Source of the DNA: a virus | Taxonomy: Duplodnaviria; Caudoviricetes | Strand: one strand, 5' to 3' | IMG/VR virus record: IMGVR_UViG_3300032167_007466 | Location: 1-64,000 of that record | Length of the DNA: 64,000 nt | The notes under the pieces: generated by a model | The model's input: only the letters and a program-made list of their open reading frames with translations | Database searches by the model: none | What the model was told of the DNA's origin: nothing | In this document: piece by piece, positions 48,693 to 57,814 of the stretch | How positions within the stretch are numbered: the stretch's first letter is position 1 | Layout of the letters: each line of letters starts with the position of its first letter | Position numbers and translations under genes: made by a program

Positions 48693-48871
48693 GCTGACAC
48701 CTTCTCTCTGATATTTTCCATATGATTTTCAGTTCTCGCTTCCGCTACCAACATATCAACTAAGTCATTATAACATTCATCCCAAGTATCACCGCTTAAT
48801 ACGAAATTTCCGTTGCTATCATGTACTTCATAATGTTCTTTAACTTGTACGATCCTATGTGTATTATCCAT
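48689..48871 (-). CDS. hypothetical protein
   Basis: Coupled ORF. Confidence 0.6.
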   Translation of the reverse strand: MDNTHRIVQVKEHYEVHDSNGNFVLSGDTWDECYNDLVDMLVAEARTENHMENIREKVSA

Positions 48872-48873
48872 AA

Positions 48874-49083
48874 TTAAATAGCTCCCATTCTTAATTTAAT
48901 CTTTATCTCTGTTAAGTCTGCAAGAGTATTCATAACTTCTAATTCATGTTCAAAATCAATGGGTTTATCAGATGTTTTCCCATAATCTCTTGCTATGATA
49001 CTTCTTTGCAAGTTAGATATTTCGCCAATCGTCATATTTGATACTTTCATATTTGCCTCCTGTTGAAATGCGACTTCTATCAA
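48874..49083 (-). CDS. hypothetical protein
   Basis: RBS GGAGG before MKVSN. Confidence 0.55.
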   Translation of the reverse strand: MIEVAFQQEANMKVSNMTIGEISNLQRSIIARDYGKTSDKPIDFEHELEVMNTLADLTEIKIKLRMGAI

Positions 49084-49379
49084 GAAATTACCTCAAAATT
49101 GCTCTTGAAAATTTCCTCTGATATTACTTTAAACATTCTTCTATCTGATACCCTTCTGATAATATAATCAGTAGGTTTTACAACTGATTCATAATTATGA
49201 TGTTCCAAATTACAAATATGTAAATCTGGCACAATTACTCTTACACATAAATCCAACTTCTCTGTTATAAACTTCTTGCATTTTTCCACTTGTTCTGAAG
49301 TGTATTTTTCATATCTGATTGCTTCATATTCATTTTCCGTAAAAAGATTTCTAATCTTTAACATATCCTCTACCTCCAA
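49080..49379 (-). CDS. hypothetical protein
   Basis: DYII......F..IS.EIF...FE. Confidence 0.6.
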   Translation of the reverse strand: MEVEDMLKIRNLFTENEYEAIRYEKYTSEQVEKCKKFITEKLDLCVRVIVPDLHICNLEHHNYESVVKPTDYIIRRVSDRRMFKVISEEIFKSNFEVIS

Positions 49380-49405
49380 TCCGATTGAATACGAGATTTA
49401 TTGCT

Positions 49406-50137
49406 TTATGCAATCTTTAATTTGCTCTGCTTCTGTTCCGTTTTATTAAGACTTCTGATATATTTTCCACCATCTTTTTCAAAGTATTTCAGATATCCTT
49501 CCTCAATCATTTCATCTGCCACTTTCAAGATATAATCAATGGTCTGTCCACCAGTATAATTCTTTCCATCATTAAGTCCTAAACGATTTAATCTAACAAT
49601 TCCTGCAATATTTCTTGCTATGTCAAAAGCAGAATAATATTTTGTTGTTCTTGTTGTGGCTGCTTTTTCAAATAATACCTTGCGAATTTCCTCTTTTCTT
49701 TCGTTTAAGTATTCCTCATATTCGCTATCAGAAATAACATAAACTGTATCATGCAAGTTCACCCAACGAATAGAAGATAATTCCATTCTGTCAATGGCTT
49801 CTGCAACTTTCTTAACATCATTCTTTAAAATAACTCCGCTAATCTGTTGTGGATGTGCGTGTAAATAAGCACGTTTTTCCTTACTATGTTCCACTTTCCA
49901 TCCGCTATCTTCCATAATTCCAAAAGATTCTATCAGGTTAATTGCTTCCGTTCTCCATGCCTCTCTATCTTCTGTCGTTTCAAATCTGCAATTACGGTCA
50001 TATGATGGTGTATCAATATTAAAATGTACTTCTACATATTCATTTCCATAATCCATATCTGGATTCCAATTATTTGTAAGTGTATGGTCTTCTCCATAGT
50101 CATTTCCAATTCCATACTGATGATATTTAATACTCAT
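49406..50137 (-). CDS. hypothetical protein
   Basis: 243 aa, RBS, bounded by dyad sites. Confidence 0.75.
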   Translation of the reverse strand: MSIKYHQYGIGNDYGEDHTLTNNWNPDMDYGNEYVEVHFNIDTPSYDRNCRFETTEDREAWRTEAINLIESFGIMEDSGWKVEHSKEKRAYLHAHPQQISGVILKNDVKKVAEAIDRMELSSIRWVNLHDTVYVISDSEYEEYLNERKEEIRKVLFEKAATTRTTKYYSAFDIARNIAGIVRLNRLGLNDGKNYTGGQTIDYILKVADEMIEEGYLKYFEKDGGKYIRSLNKTEQKQSKLKIA

Positions 50138-50181
50138 ATAATCAACCTTCCTCTCTGTAAAATAGACTTAAAATTCCGATT

Positions 50182-50430
50182 TCATTGCCTATTAATTCCT
50201 AAAATTCGTTCACAAGCACTATATACAGTTTCAGTATCATCTGTATGTCCATTACACTCTTCAACAATTCTAACAATCATATCCATTGATATATCATCAA
50301 ATTTAGTGTTAAATGGATATACTTTAGATGTTTCACTTTCAAATGCAATAAAGTCAATTATATTCCATTCTTCTGTTGTCATTGGAATATTTAATTTTTC
50401 ATTGCTTGTTTTTGCCCAAGTCTGTTTCAT
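50182..50430 (-). CDS. hypothetical protein
   Basis: AGGAGG RBS; bounded by dyad sites. Confidence 0.7.
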   Translation of the reverse strand: MKQTWAKTSNEKLNIPMTTEEWNIIDFIAFESETSKVYPFNTKFDDISMDMIVRIVEECNGHTDDTETVYSACERILGINRQ

Positions 50431-50464
50431 ATTTTACCTCCTAATAAAATCACTCATTTATTGC

Positions 50465-51022
50465 TTAATTTCCACCTGCAAACTCACCATAATATTTTTG
50501 TCTCATTTCCTCTGCGAATTTTCCGGCTTGTTCTAATTCTTCATAAGAAAATTTTCCAAGTACAGTGTTTTTCTTATTTATCTGAAGCTGTACTATCCAC
50601 ATTTTCTCTGTGTTACTCCAAGAAACATTTCTGTAACCTGACTTATTATTACTGTTTCTACCCCTTCTGTTTTTAGAATTATTAGTATCTAAAACAATCC
50701 TTAAATTCTCTTTTCTGTTATCCAAGCAATTATTGTTTTTATGATCTACCGTCTTTCCGTTTGCTTCCATAATAAACTGATGTAAAAATATCGGTCTTGC
50801 TCTTTTTAGTTCAGGTATGTATTCACTTGCATAAGCATAATATTTACCCATACTTTTATTAAGTTTTGCATACCAAGTATAAGGAAAATTTATCAATACT
50901 CTTTCCAAATCGTCTAAATCAATAACCGTCCATATACTTTCTGCATTTGTTCTGTTTAATTCAACCCTTACAATATTATTTACTTCATCAACAATATAAT
51001 TGTTTCCCTTTTTCTTTGCCAT
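50465..51022 (-). CDS. HNH-AP2 homing endonuclease-like protein
   Basis: LHQFIM...VDHKNNNCLDNRKENLR; NKSGYRNVSW...LGKF AP2 domain. Confidence 0.88.
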   Translation of the reverse strand: MAKKKGNNYIVDEVNNIVRVELNRTNAESIWTVIDLDDLERVLINFPYTWYAKLNKSMGKYYAYASEYIPELKRARPIFLHQFIMEANGKTVDHKNNNCLDNRKENLRIVLDTNNSKNRRGRNSNNKSGYRNVSWSNTEKMWIVQLQINKKNTVLGKFSYEELEQAGKFAEEMRQKYYGEFAGGN

Positions 51023-51057
51023 CCCAACTCTCCCTCTTTAATGCCCTTTCATCTGCT

Positions 51058-51417
51058 TTATTCTTCAACATCTAATAGTGTTACATTTCCGTTTTCAACA
51101 AGATAAATTTCATCAGCCGAAACATCCTCAATGTTGTATATCCTCTCAATAGGTAAGTATTCAAAATCAATCTTTTGAACACCACCGCTCCAAAAGATAT
51201 AATCCGGATTGTGATAATACTGTTGTGCAACCAAATCAGCTTTTACAAAATCCTCAACTGTTCCAACATATTCAAAGGCTTTTATAATTTCATTCCAATC
51301 CTTGTCACAATATCCATGCATGCCCCTCTGTTCAAAATCGTGCTTATCTCCGTTGTATTCCTCTGTCGCATACATTCTGCCTTTGTTATCCGTAAAAATT
51401 ATCCTTCTGCGTGTCAT
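51058..51417 (-). CDS. hypothetical protein
   Basis: AGGAGG RBS. Confidence 0.7.
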   Translation of the reverse strand: MTRRRIIFTDNKGRMYATEEYNGDKHDFEQRGMHGYCDKDWNEIIKAFEYVGTVEDFVKADLVAQQYYHNPDYIFWSGGVQKIDFEYLPIERIYNIEDVSADEIYLVENGNVTLLDVEE

Positions 51418-51648
51418 ATTCGTTTCCTCCTAAAATCTATACTTAAACCCCTAATTCTATCGTGTTATTTCCGCTTACGATATATGCCTTCTGTGTACTA
51501 ATGCACATTTGTTGCAGACACAAACCGTTTTTAATCCTTCGTTTTTTACCAAAGTTAAAACTTCATACTTTACACTTCTTGTTTCACCGCAAAAATGGCA
51601 TTTTAAGTTTTTGTCTTTCCAATTCTCAATAAGTTTCATAATAGCCTC

Positions 51649-52041
51649 CTAACAAGCAGGACAACCGCATTTTCCGTATAACGCTCCATGCTTCAAAAAC
51701 ATTCCTATATTCATAATTTCGTGTCTGTCAAGCTCTCTGCCCTTGTTTTCTCCAGCGATGTAGACAAAGCATCTTTTGACAATTTCCTTCGGCAATAATA
51801 CCGCTTCTTTTGTGATAACCTTTATTCCAATACCCAAAGACAACATCACATCTCCGGCACCGCCATCAACTATATATCGTCTTATTTCCTCTGTTGCTCT
51901 GTTTAAATGATCTTGTGTTAAGGCTACACCAAAGAATAATTTTTCCGTCAAGTCTCTATATTCAAAGTAATTACAAGTCATATTAAATCCCTCCGTGTAA
52001 AGCAATTTGTTTAAAACTGTATTTCCGCTTCTTCTCTCCAT
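51649..52041 (-). CDS. hypothetical protein
   Basis: Start probably MTCNYF after GGAGG. Confidence 0.65.
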   Translation of the reverse strand: MERRSGNTVLNKLLYTEGFNMTCNYFEYRDLTEKLFFGVALTQDHLNRATEEIRRYIVDGGAGDVMLSLGIGIKVITKEAVLLPKEIVKRCFVYIAGENKGRELDRHEIMNIGMFLKHGALYGKCGCPAC

Positions 52042-52256
52042 CCAATAGGCTTATAACCCAACGCGGAAAGAAAACTCTGATAAATAGTGTTTAACCACTC
52101 CACTCTTGTTTTATCATTGCCTTTGATCCTGTCAAAAACATTCATATCAATAAAACGCTTCTGTTCTTCTTCCGTTAGCTTCTGCCAAGTCCACGACTTT
52201 TTAATAACATTCTGAAAGTAATTTTCCACCGTCATTGTGTGTTTTGCCATTTTCAA
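52011..52256 (-). CDS. hypothetical protein
   Basis: SWTW..LT..E...ALGY....WRE phage motif. Confidence 0.7.
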   Translation of the reverse strand: MKMAKHTMTVENYFQNVIKKSWTWQKLTEEEQKRFIDMNVFDRIKGNDKTRVEWLNTIYQSFLSALGYKPIGWREEAEIQF

Positions 52257-52419
52257 AACCTCCTACTCTACATCAAATTCTTCTATGTCAAAATTTCCGT
52301 CATACTTATTGCATCCAATATCATAAGCCTTTGTATATTCATCATAAATGCCTATGATTTCTCCATCTACACTTAATACATAAACCGTCATAGCAAACTC
52401 CCCTTTTAAAATCCTTGTT

Positions 52420-52671
52420 TCATCGTGTCTCGTCATTGAATACATCAATAAAATAATCCGCTTTTGGAAATTCTGAAAGGTATTTTCCACCCTCTCCGTA
52501 TTCCTTGTTATATTCACTAACCACCGCCCATGCCTTATCGTGATCTTCTGTTTCCAAAACAGTTTTTACTGTTCTTCCGCTTTTCTTTTCCCTTATATCA
52601 ACACAATACAACATTGCTTTATTCCTCGCTTTCCGTTGCTTCAAACCTTGCACAAACAAAATTTTCCGCAT
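52420..52671 (-). CDS. hypothetical protein
   Basis: Start probably MLYCVD; stop codon lies in dyad site 52407. Confidence 0.55.
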   Translation of the reverse strand: MRKILFVQGLKQRKARNKAMLYCVDIREKKSGRTVKTVLETEDHDKAWAVVSEYNKEYGEGGKYLSEFPKADYFIDVFNDETR

Positions 52672-53146
52672 CTAAAATGTATTCTGAATTATTCCAATTT
52701 TCCTCTGCTACTGCTTCTGCTTCAATCCGGCTATCAGCTTCAATATAAACAACTTTTTCCAATGTTTCTGTTATCTTAACTGCATACTGTCTTGTTGTCT
52801 TTTCCTCTGTTTCATTTTCCATAAGCTGACATCCCTCTGTGTTAAACATACAATCATAAGAATTTTTATTATAGCATCCTTTGACACCACAAGTTAAATC
52901 CTGATGATGATTTCCAAAAGTTATTCCGTTGTATTCCGTTTCTGCAATTTCCTTTTCGGTTTCCTCTTTGAAAACTCCACACTCTGCATATAACCCATAT
53001 TTCTTGATGCAGTGCGGACAAACATATACATTCGCACTATCAAATCCGTCAAGAGATTTTGAGTTATAATCTCCATAATCGTTTGTTTCTCCGTTGTATA
53101 GCTGAAAATCATCAAATTCAATACCTTTGTAAAGTAATTTCTTCAT
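52619..53146 (-). CDS. protein with C-terminal DpnD/PcfM-like domain
   Basis: Y.V.ITETL.KVV.IEA.S..EA......W....YILDAE.F. Confidence 0.7.
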   Translation of the reverse strand: MKKLLYKGIEFDDFQLYNGETNDYGDYNSKSLDGFDSANVYVCPHCIKKYGLYAECGVFKEETEKEIAETEYNGITFGNHHQDLTCGVKGCYNKNSYDCMFNTEGCQLMENETEEKTTRQYAVKITETLEKVVYIEADSRIEAEAVAEENWNNSEYILDAENFVCARFEATESEE

Positions 53147-53161
53147 ATCTAAAACCCCTTA

Positions 53162-53629
53162 TTATAAAGAACATTTTCCGCATCCGTTACCATCACATAA
53201 ACTGCATGCAAGAATAACACTTCCGCAACTTTGACAAACCACAATCTTTTTTCCGTCCTTATAGTCCTTTGCTTCTGATAACTTGTATTCGTTTATATGG
53301 TCGCAATGCGGACAAGTCTCCTCTAAAATTTCATCTTCAACAATTCTCTCTGTAATATTGTTTCTTTCCTCATATTTTTTGACACTCGCTCTAATCGTTT
53401 CTACACAATCCTCTATGTAGTTTTTATTGCTTTCATCTTTCCAAAGTGTTGCTCCGTAAACATAGTCAACAAAATTTGTATCTACATTATAGTTAGCATC
53501 CATAAGTATTATAAAGACAATATCACTTGTATATTGTTTATCTGCTCCTATTGATACACCCTCTAAAAGTTCATATTCAATCCCTAAATCACTAATAAAC
53601 ACATAACCATCTGATTTTAATTTGATCAT
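53162..53629 (-). CDS. hypothetical protein with C-terminal zinc ribbons
   Basis: CPHC, CQSC, CSLC, CGKC. Confidence 0.7.
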   Translation of the reverse strand: MIKLKSDGYVFISDLGIEYELLEGVSIGADKQYTSDIVFIILMDANYNVDTNFVDYVYGATLWKDESNKNYIEDCVETIRASVKKYEERNNITERIVEDEILEETCPHCDHINEYKLSEAKDYKDGKKIVVCQSCGSVILACSLCDGNGCGKCSL

Positions 53630-53799
53630 CTGTTTTTACTCTCCCATTCTTCAAACTCTTTCCATACAGATTCTCTGTAATATACATCACTTAAAAAATA
53701 GTGTGGATGTGCTTCTAAAAATGCTTCGATATGTGAAAACTTTTCTTCTCCAAGTTGTTTTCTTATCTGTTCATATTCTTGTAAAATGCTCATTAACAA

Positions 53800-54054
53800 T
53801 CACTCCTCATAATTCCATAATTCAAGCTCGTCAAAAATCCATGTATTGTCTTTGTATTCCTCTGCAAGTTCTGCTCCAATACTTCGCCAATTTGACGGAC
53901 AATTTATAGTTAGTGCCATCTGTTCAATAAGTTGTGCTGCAAACTGCAATAACTCTCTTGATTCGTCATAAAGGCTTAAATTTTCCTTGTAATATATAGC
54001 TTTTTCAATCATGCTTTTTATGATATTTTCCATCTGTTTTATTCTCCTTTGCAA
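53800..54054 (-). CDS. hypothetical protein
   Basis: Co-oriented with RBS. Confidence 0.6.
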   Translation of the reverse strand: MQRRIKQMENIIKSMIEKAIYYKENLSLYDESRELLQFAAQLIEQMALTINCPSNWRSIGAELAEEYKDNTWIFDELELWNYEE

Positions 54055-54260
54055 TACTTCTTTACATATCGTCTGAAAGTCGCTTCTGCTTTCTTTTTAT
54101 CATTGATTGAATATGTCATTTTTTGAAGAGGATAACCGCACATATTATTGTCATAACAGGGACAAACCTCTACAATATAAATGTCATTTCCCCATACATT
54201 TTTAACTTCCATAGTCACATAATAATTATTTTCCTTGTGTTGCCTTATTACTGTTGACAT
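54039..54260 (-). CDS. hypothetical protein
   Basis: GGAGG RBS. Confidence 0.65.
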   Translation of the reverse strand: MSTVIRQHKENNYYVTMEVKNVWGNDIYIVEVCPCYDNNMCGYPLQKMTYSINDKKKAEATFRRYVKKYCKGE

Positions 54261-54373
54261 ATTAAAACATCCCTCCGCTTTAAAATCTTGCTTTCAAAGT
54301 GTTTTTTCCATAAAAATAGAGTGACCTATGTATTAAACACATAAATCACTCTGTAAATGTTTTTTAATATCAA

Positions 54374-54595
54374 TCAATTTTCTGTAAAAACTCCGCTATT
54401 GATGCAAACAGTAATTAACACATGCCCATTATTGCCCGGGGCTATAGCCGTAAGTGTTGCCTCTTTATATCTACTCATCTTTTTTTTATCCTCTAAAGAA
54501 AAATCGTCAACATAACTATATTCTTCATTTGTTGCATCTTCAACCAATATATCGCAATCTACAACCATATATCCACTAATATCTTTTAATTTCAT
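54374..54595 (-). CDS. hypothetical protein with its own sigmaA promoter and terminator (moron-like)
   Basis: TTGAAT-N17-TATAAT upstream, AAGGAGG RBS, hairpin ~54318-54352. Confidence 0.65.
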   Translation of the reverse strand: MKLKDISGYMVVDCDILVEDATNEEYSYVDDFSLEDKKKMSRYKEATLTAIAPGNNGHVLITVCINSGVFTEN

Positions 54596-54712
54596 AACAA
54601 AACCCTCCTTTCATATGTTATTATACCAAATTAATCTTGAAAATTCAAGTCTGTATGAGTGATTTATGTATTTAATTGTCAAGGTTCAAATTAATATTTT
54701 TCAAAAACCGCT

Positions 54713-54943
54713 TTATTTTCCGTTTACTTGATTATAAATGTAATGTAATTTGTCTTGTGCTTCTGTTTCCGTTTCTGCCTCTGCAAGTGCAAAATTACCG
54801 CATAAATTAATACTTGCATATATGATAAAATTCTTCTGTTCGTGTTCCGGCTCTGATATATAAATACTTGTTATTTGTGCCGTGTTCAATAGTCTTTTAT
54901 TGTCATGTGTTTTCATCGTGTCCGTGCTCCTACTGTCAAGCAA
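54713..54943 (-). CDS. hypothetical protein
   Basis: Co-oriented ORF. Confidence 0.55.
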   Translation of the reverse strand: MLDSRSTDTMKTHDNKRLLNTAQITSIYISEPEHEQKNFIIYASINLCGNFALAEAETETEAQDKLHYIYNQVNGK

Positions 54944-54951
54944 TTTAAAAA

Positions 54952-55353
54952 TTAATCAATATAGCAGTTAATAACCGTTGCAAACTGTCTCATATTTTCC
55001 GCTATTGTCTGCCGTTCCTCTGCTCTTTTTTGATCTGATTCCCAACCGTCAACACCTTTAAAAAGTTTGTTGTATGTTTCTATTGGTTTTAAGTTGTGCA
55101 GATAATAAAGGCGATTTTCTGCAATAATAACCGCATCTATAATATCAGCAATACCACTACCCCAAAGTCCAGCACTTCTCAAAGATTTAAAATGTTCTAT
55201 TTGTTTATTTGGCTGCAAATCCTTAAATTTGCAGATATTCCGCACAACTCCGCATGTTTTGTTGTTTTCCGTGTTTACAACTGTAATTGATGTTTTACCT
55301 ATTTTTATATGCTTGTTTTCAAGTTCTGAAATGTGCATTTTGACAACCTCCAA
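54952..55353 (-). CDS. hypothetical protein
   Basis: GGAGG before MHISEL. Confidence 0.65.
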   Translation of the reverse strand: MEVVKMHISELENKHIKIGKTSITVVNTENNKTCGVVRNICKFKDLQPNKQIEHFKSLRSAGLWGSGIADIIDAVIIAENRLYYLHNLKPIETYNKLFKGVDGWESDQKRAEERQTIAENMRQFATVINCYID

Positions 55354-55378
55354 AATTTACTATAAAATCATTATTCAA

Positions 55379-55666
55379 TTACCAAGCAATATGTAAAAAT
55401 CTATCCCCATGCACATTATAAAAATTATCTTCTTTTGTTTCCCATACTCTAAAACCCTTTGCAATGAAATAGTTTTTTACTTCGTTGTATTCCTCAATCC
55501 ATCTAATTTTAGTCATAAAGGATGTAACGCCCTTTTTAGCTGATTTTTTAACATCTGCTTTTAATGTTCTGATAATGCTTTTGACTTCCTTTTTATAGCT
55601 CTTTTGTGCTTTTCTTGTTTCCTTTTGTGCTAAACCTCTAACCGCTTTAATATTAAATACCATCAT
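55379..55666 (-). CDS. basic hypothetical protein
   Basis: AAGGAG RBS; F...GF.V...I.W. Confidence 0.65.
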   Translation of the reverse strand: MMVFNIKAVRGLAQKETRKAQKSYKKEVKSIIRTLKADVKKSAKKGVTSFMTKIRWIEEYNEVKNYFIAKGFRVWETKEDNFYNVHGDRFLHIAW

Positions 55667-55713
55667 TTTTTTATTCTCCTTTTAATTTGATTTTTTAGTG
55701 TAAAGTAATTTAA

Positions 55714-55977
55714 TTATTTAATAACTAATTTAATAAAATTAAGTATGTAAGCAATACCACAACACAAAAAGCCTTGTAAAAGTTGTGTGATAATTTGTGT
55801 AAATGGTATGTTGTTGTTGTCTGATGTTCCTGCCGTGCCTATAATCCATATAACACCGCAAAAAGCACATAGAAAAGTTAATATTTTTAAAATGGTTATA
55901 ACTGCACTTTTAAAGCGACTTTTTAACAAGTCTATATTGATATATATAGTCTGTTTTTCTGTTGTTATAGTTAGCAT
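55714..55977 (-). CDS. small membrane protein
   Basis: Two TM; IIGTAG.SD motif. Confidence 0.65.
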   Translation of the reverse strand: MLTITTEKQTIYINIDLLKSRFKSAVITILKILTFLCAFCGVIWIIGTAGTSDNNNIPFTQIITQLLQGFLCCGIAYILNFIKLVIK

Positions 55978-56363
55978 TATTGCACCGCCTTTTTTAATTC
56001 TCTATAAATTAAATTTGTCAAAAGTTTTTCTGCATCCGCTTCTGAATATTTGCTTTTTTCTGCTTCTGTTTCTTCTAATATAACCGCTAAATCATTAACC
56101 GCACTTCTGTTGTAAAAATAACATGTATCAATTACAGAAGGTAAACCGCTACACCAATCAAAAAATATTTCTTGTTCTGAGTAATTTTTGTAGCCGTCAT
56201 TATATCGCTTTTCAGTAAGAAAACAATTATAAATAAATTTTGCTATTGCTTCAAATGTTTTTGGCTCTTCTGTTGTGCCGTCATCATAATTACAGAAGTC
56301 AAAGTTGTTGATTATGTAATTTTTAATATTTTCTATTGCTTTTTTGCTATTTGTTTTTAACAT
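55977..56363 (-). CDS. hypothetical phage protein
   Basis: F.DWCSGLPS motif. Confidence 0.75.
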   Translation of the reverse strand: MLKTNSKKAIENIKNYIINNFDFCNYDDGTTEEPKTFEAIAKFIYNCFLTEKRYNDGYKNYSEQEIFFDWCSGLPSVIDTCYFYNRSAVNDLAVILEETEAEKSKYSEADAEKLLTNLIYRELKKAVQ

Positions 56364-56381
56364 AGTTATTCCCTCCGCTTT

Positions 56382-56741
56382 TTATTTCTGTATTTCTTCA
56401 ATAAACTTTTCAACAAGTTTTTCAAGCTTCTTTTGTTGTTCTTCGTATTTGATAGAATAATCTTTAAAAAGTGCTTCTGCTTTTGCTTCGTATTTTTCAG
56501 TTATTCTATAATCAATTCTAATTCCCGGCATGCTTCTGTAACCTGTGCAAATTGCTATATTGCCGTTGTCAAGTGAAAATACATCGTAATTCCAACCATA
56601 AACACCGCTATTATAACCGACTTTGTTTGACCTTCTTAAAAGACATTGTAATTCACAATAACCAATACAATATATTTTTTTGTAACCGTTCTGTATTTCT
56701 TTTCTTGTCATTTTCATTTTTAATACCTCCAAATATTTCAT
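56382..56741 (-). CDS. hypothetical phage protein
   Basis: GYC.LQ.LL..Y..GVYGWN.D..TGYR motif. Confidence 0.75.
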   Translation of the reverse strand: MKYLEVLKMKMTRKEIQNGYKKIYCIGYCELQCLLRRSNKVGYNSGVYGWNYDVFSLDNGNIAICTGYRSMPGIRIDYRITEKYEAKAEALFKDYSIKYEEQQKKLEKLVEKFIEEIQK

Positions 56742-56788
56742 AGAATTACTGTTTTATAGTGTTTCTGCCCTCTGTTATGCCCTCTGTA

Positions 56789-57133
56789 TTAATTAATATA
56801 ATCGTTGTAATCACTCTGTAATTCGCCTTTTATAATCTCATTATGCAGGCACTTAAGCTCCCATTTTAAATAATTTATAGATTGCTTCAGCATTGCATCA
56901 AGTTCTTTTTTGCTGATGCCTTTAAAGTTATCATTTACGGCTTTAAAGTAGTTATATGCTTCGCTGCTAAACTCATAATCGAATAATATACAAGATGTCA
57001 TATCATAACAGAAATCAAACGCTTTTTTAACCTGATACCATAAATATTGATGATCTGCTTTTTTGGATGCCGTTGTGTTTAGTGCCTTTACAGTTTCAAT
57101 ACATTTTAAAACATTGTTATAATTGTATGTCAT
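56789..57133 (-). CDS. hypothetical protein
   Basis: AAGGAGG RBS. Confidence 0.7.
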   Translation of the reverse strand: MTYNYNNVLKCIETVKALNTTASKKADHQYLWYQVKKAFDFCYDMTSCILFDYEFSSEAYNYFKAVNDNFKGISKKELDAMLKQSINYLKWELKCLHNEIIKGELQSDYNDYIN

Positions 57134-57139
57134 GATGTT

Positions 57140-57343
57140 TTATGCCTCCTTGCTAAAAATTAAATCACCTTTATTTATAAAGCCTTTAAAGGTTTTAATT
57201 GCATCGTCTGCATCATAGCTTGTATCTGTAATATTATAGTAATTGATTATTACATTAATAATACTGTCGGTTGTTGCTGCATCGTATTTGGTCTGATTAG
57301 ATGCTATGTTTTTTAAAGTGTTTTTTAATTCGATAGTATTCAT
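57140..57343 (-). CDS. hypothetical protein (first gene of leftward arm)
   Basis: Start MNTIELK. Confidence 0.6.
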   Translation of the reverse strand: MNTIELKNTLKNIASNQTKYDAATTDSIINVIINYYNITDTSYDADDAIKTFKGFINKGDLIFSKEA

Positions 57344-57429
57344 TTTTTGTACCGTCCTTTTTTTAGTTTGGGTCTCAGGTCGCTGCAAAGTAATTTGTAT
57401 TAACTACCCTTGACACTTACTATTATAGC

Positions 57430-57483
57430 AAATAGAGTACACTATTTCAATAGGCAAAATAACAAAAATAGAGTACACTATTT
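57430..57483. promoter_or_regulatory. duplicated palindromic operator AAATAGAGTACACTATTT
   Basis: Exact copies at 57430-57447 and 57466-57483 between divergent genes. Confidence 0.75.
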
Positions 57484-57628
57484 TGTGCATATTTACTAAC
57501 AATATATTGCGTTTTATAGCACATTAAAACATATTAAACACTACATATTGTATATAGGAATGATGTTTGACTTTTTTAAAAAAATATGATAAAATATTTT
57601 AAAGTTTTTATTGTTTGAGGTCTGAAGA

Positions 57629-57814
57629 ATGGAAGAAAAGAAAAGTACATACAATGCAACCGCACAAAAAAAGTACAATGAAAAAAGAAAAAAGATAGCC
57701 TGCACTGTATACAATGATTTATATGACAAGATAAAGCTGCACGCAAGCAAAAAAGGATTTACAAGTATTAATTCATATGTATTAGATTTAATAAAAAAAG
57801 ATATGGAATTGTAA
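57629..57814 (+). CDS. ribbon-helix-helix (Arc-like) regulator
   Basis: A.KKY......I...V....YDKIK.HA...G..SINSYV..LI.KDM. Confidence 0.8.
   Translation: MEEKKSTYNATAQKKYNEKRKKIACTVYNDLYDKIKLHASKKGFTSINSYVLDLIKKDMEL

Larger units (their letters stand above)
8135..55378. repeat. dispersed 16-bp dyad sites T(A/G)AAA-N6-TT(T/C)(T/C)A at accessory-gene boundaries (~30 copies)
   Basis: Copies start at 8135, 8555, 9955, 12167, 12778, 13411, 13462, 13730, 14033, 14123, 16152, 17962, 27141, 27605, 28336, 28812, 29198, 32054, 33577, 33952, 46919, 47172, 47667, 47997, 49385, 50169, 50445, 51444, 52407, 54281, 55363 (some with one degenerate arm). Confidence 0.85.

Noticed and set aside
51036-54715. 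Weak dyad-like sequences at 51036, 52011 and ~54700 (also 7548)
   Set aside because: One arm too degenerate or explained by an RBS; not counted among the sites
8135-55378. Dyad sites as CRISPR repeats, classical attC sites or intrinsic terminators
   Set aside because: Spacing is gene-sized and irregular, there are no GTTRRRY boxes or long hairpins, and 5-bp AT-rich arms are too weak for terminators
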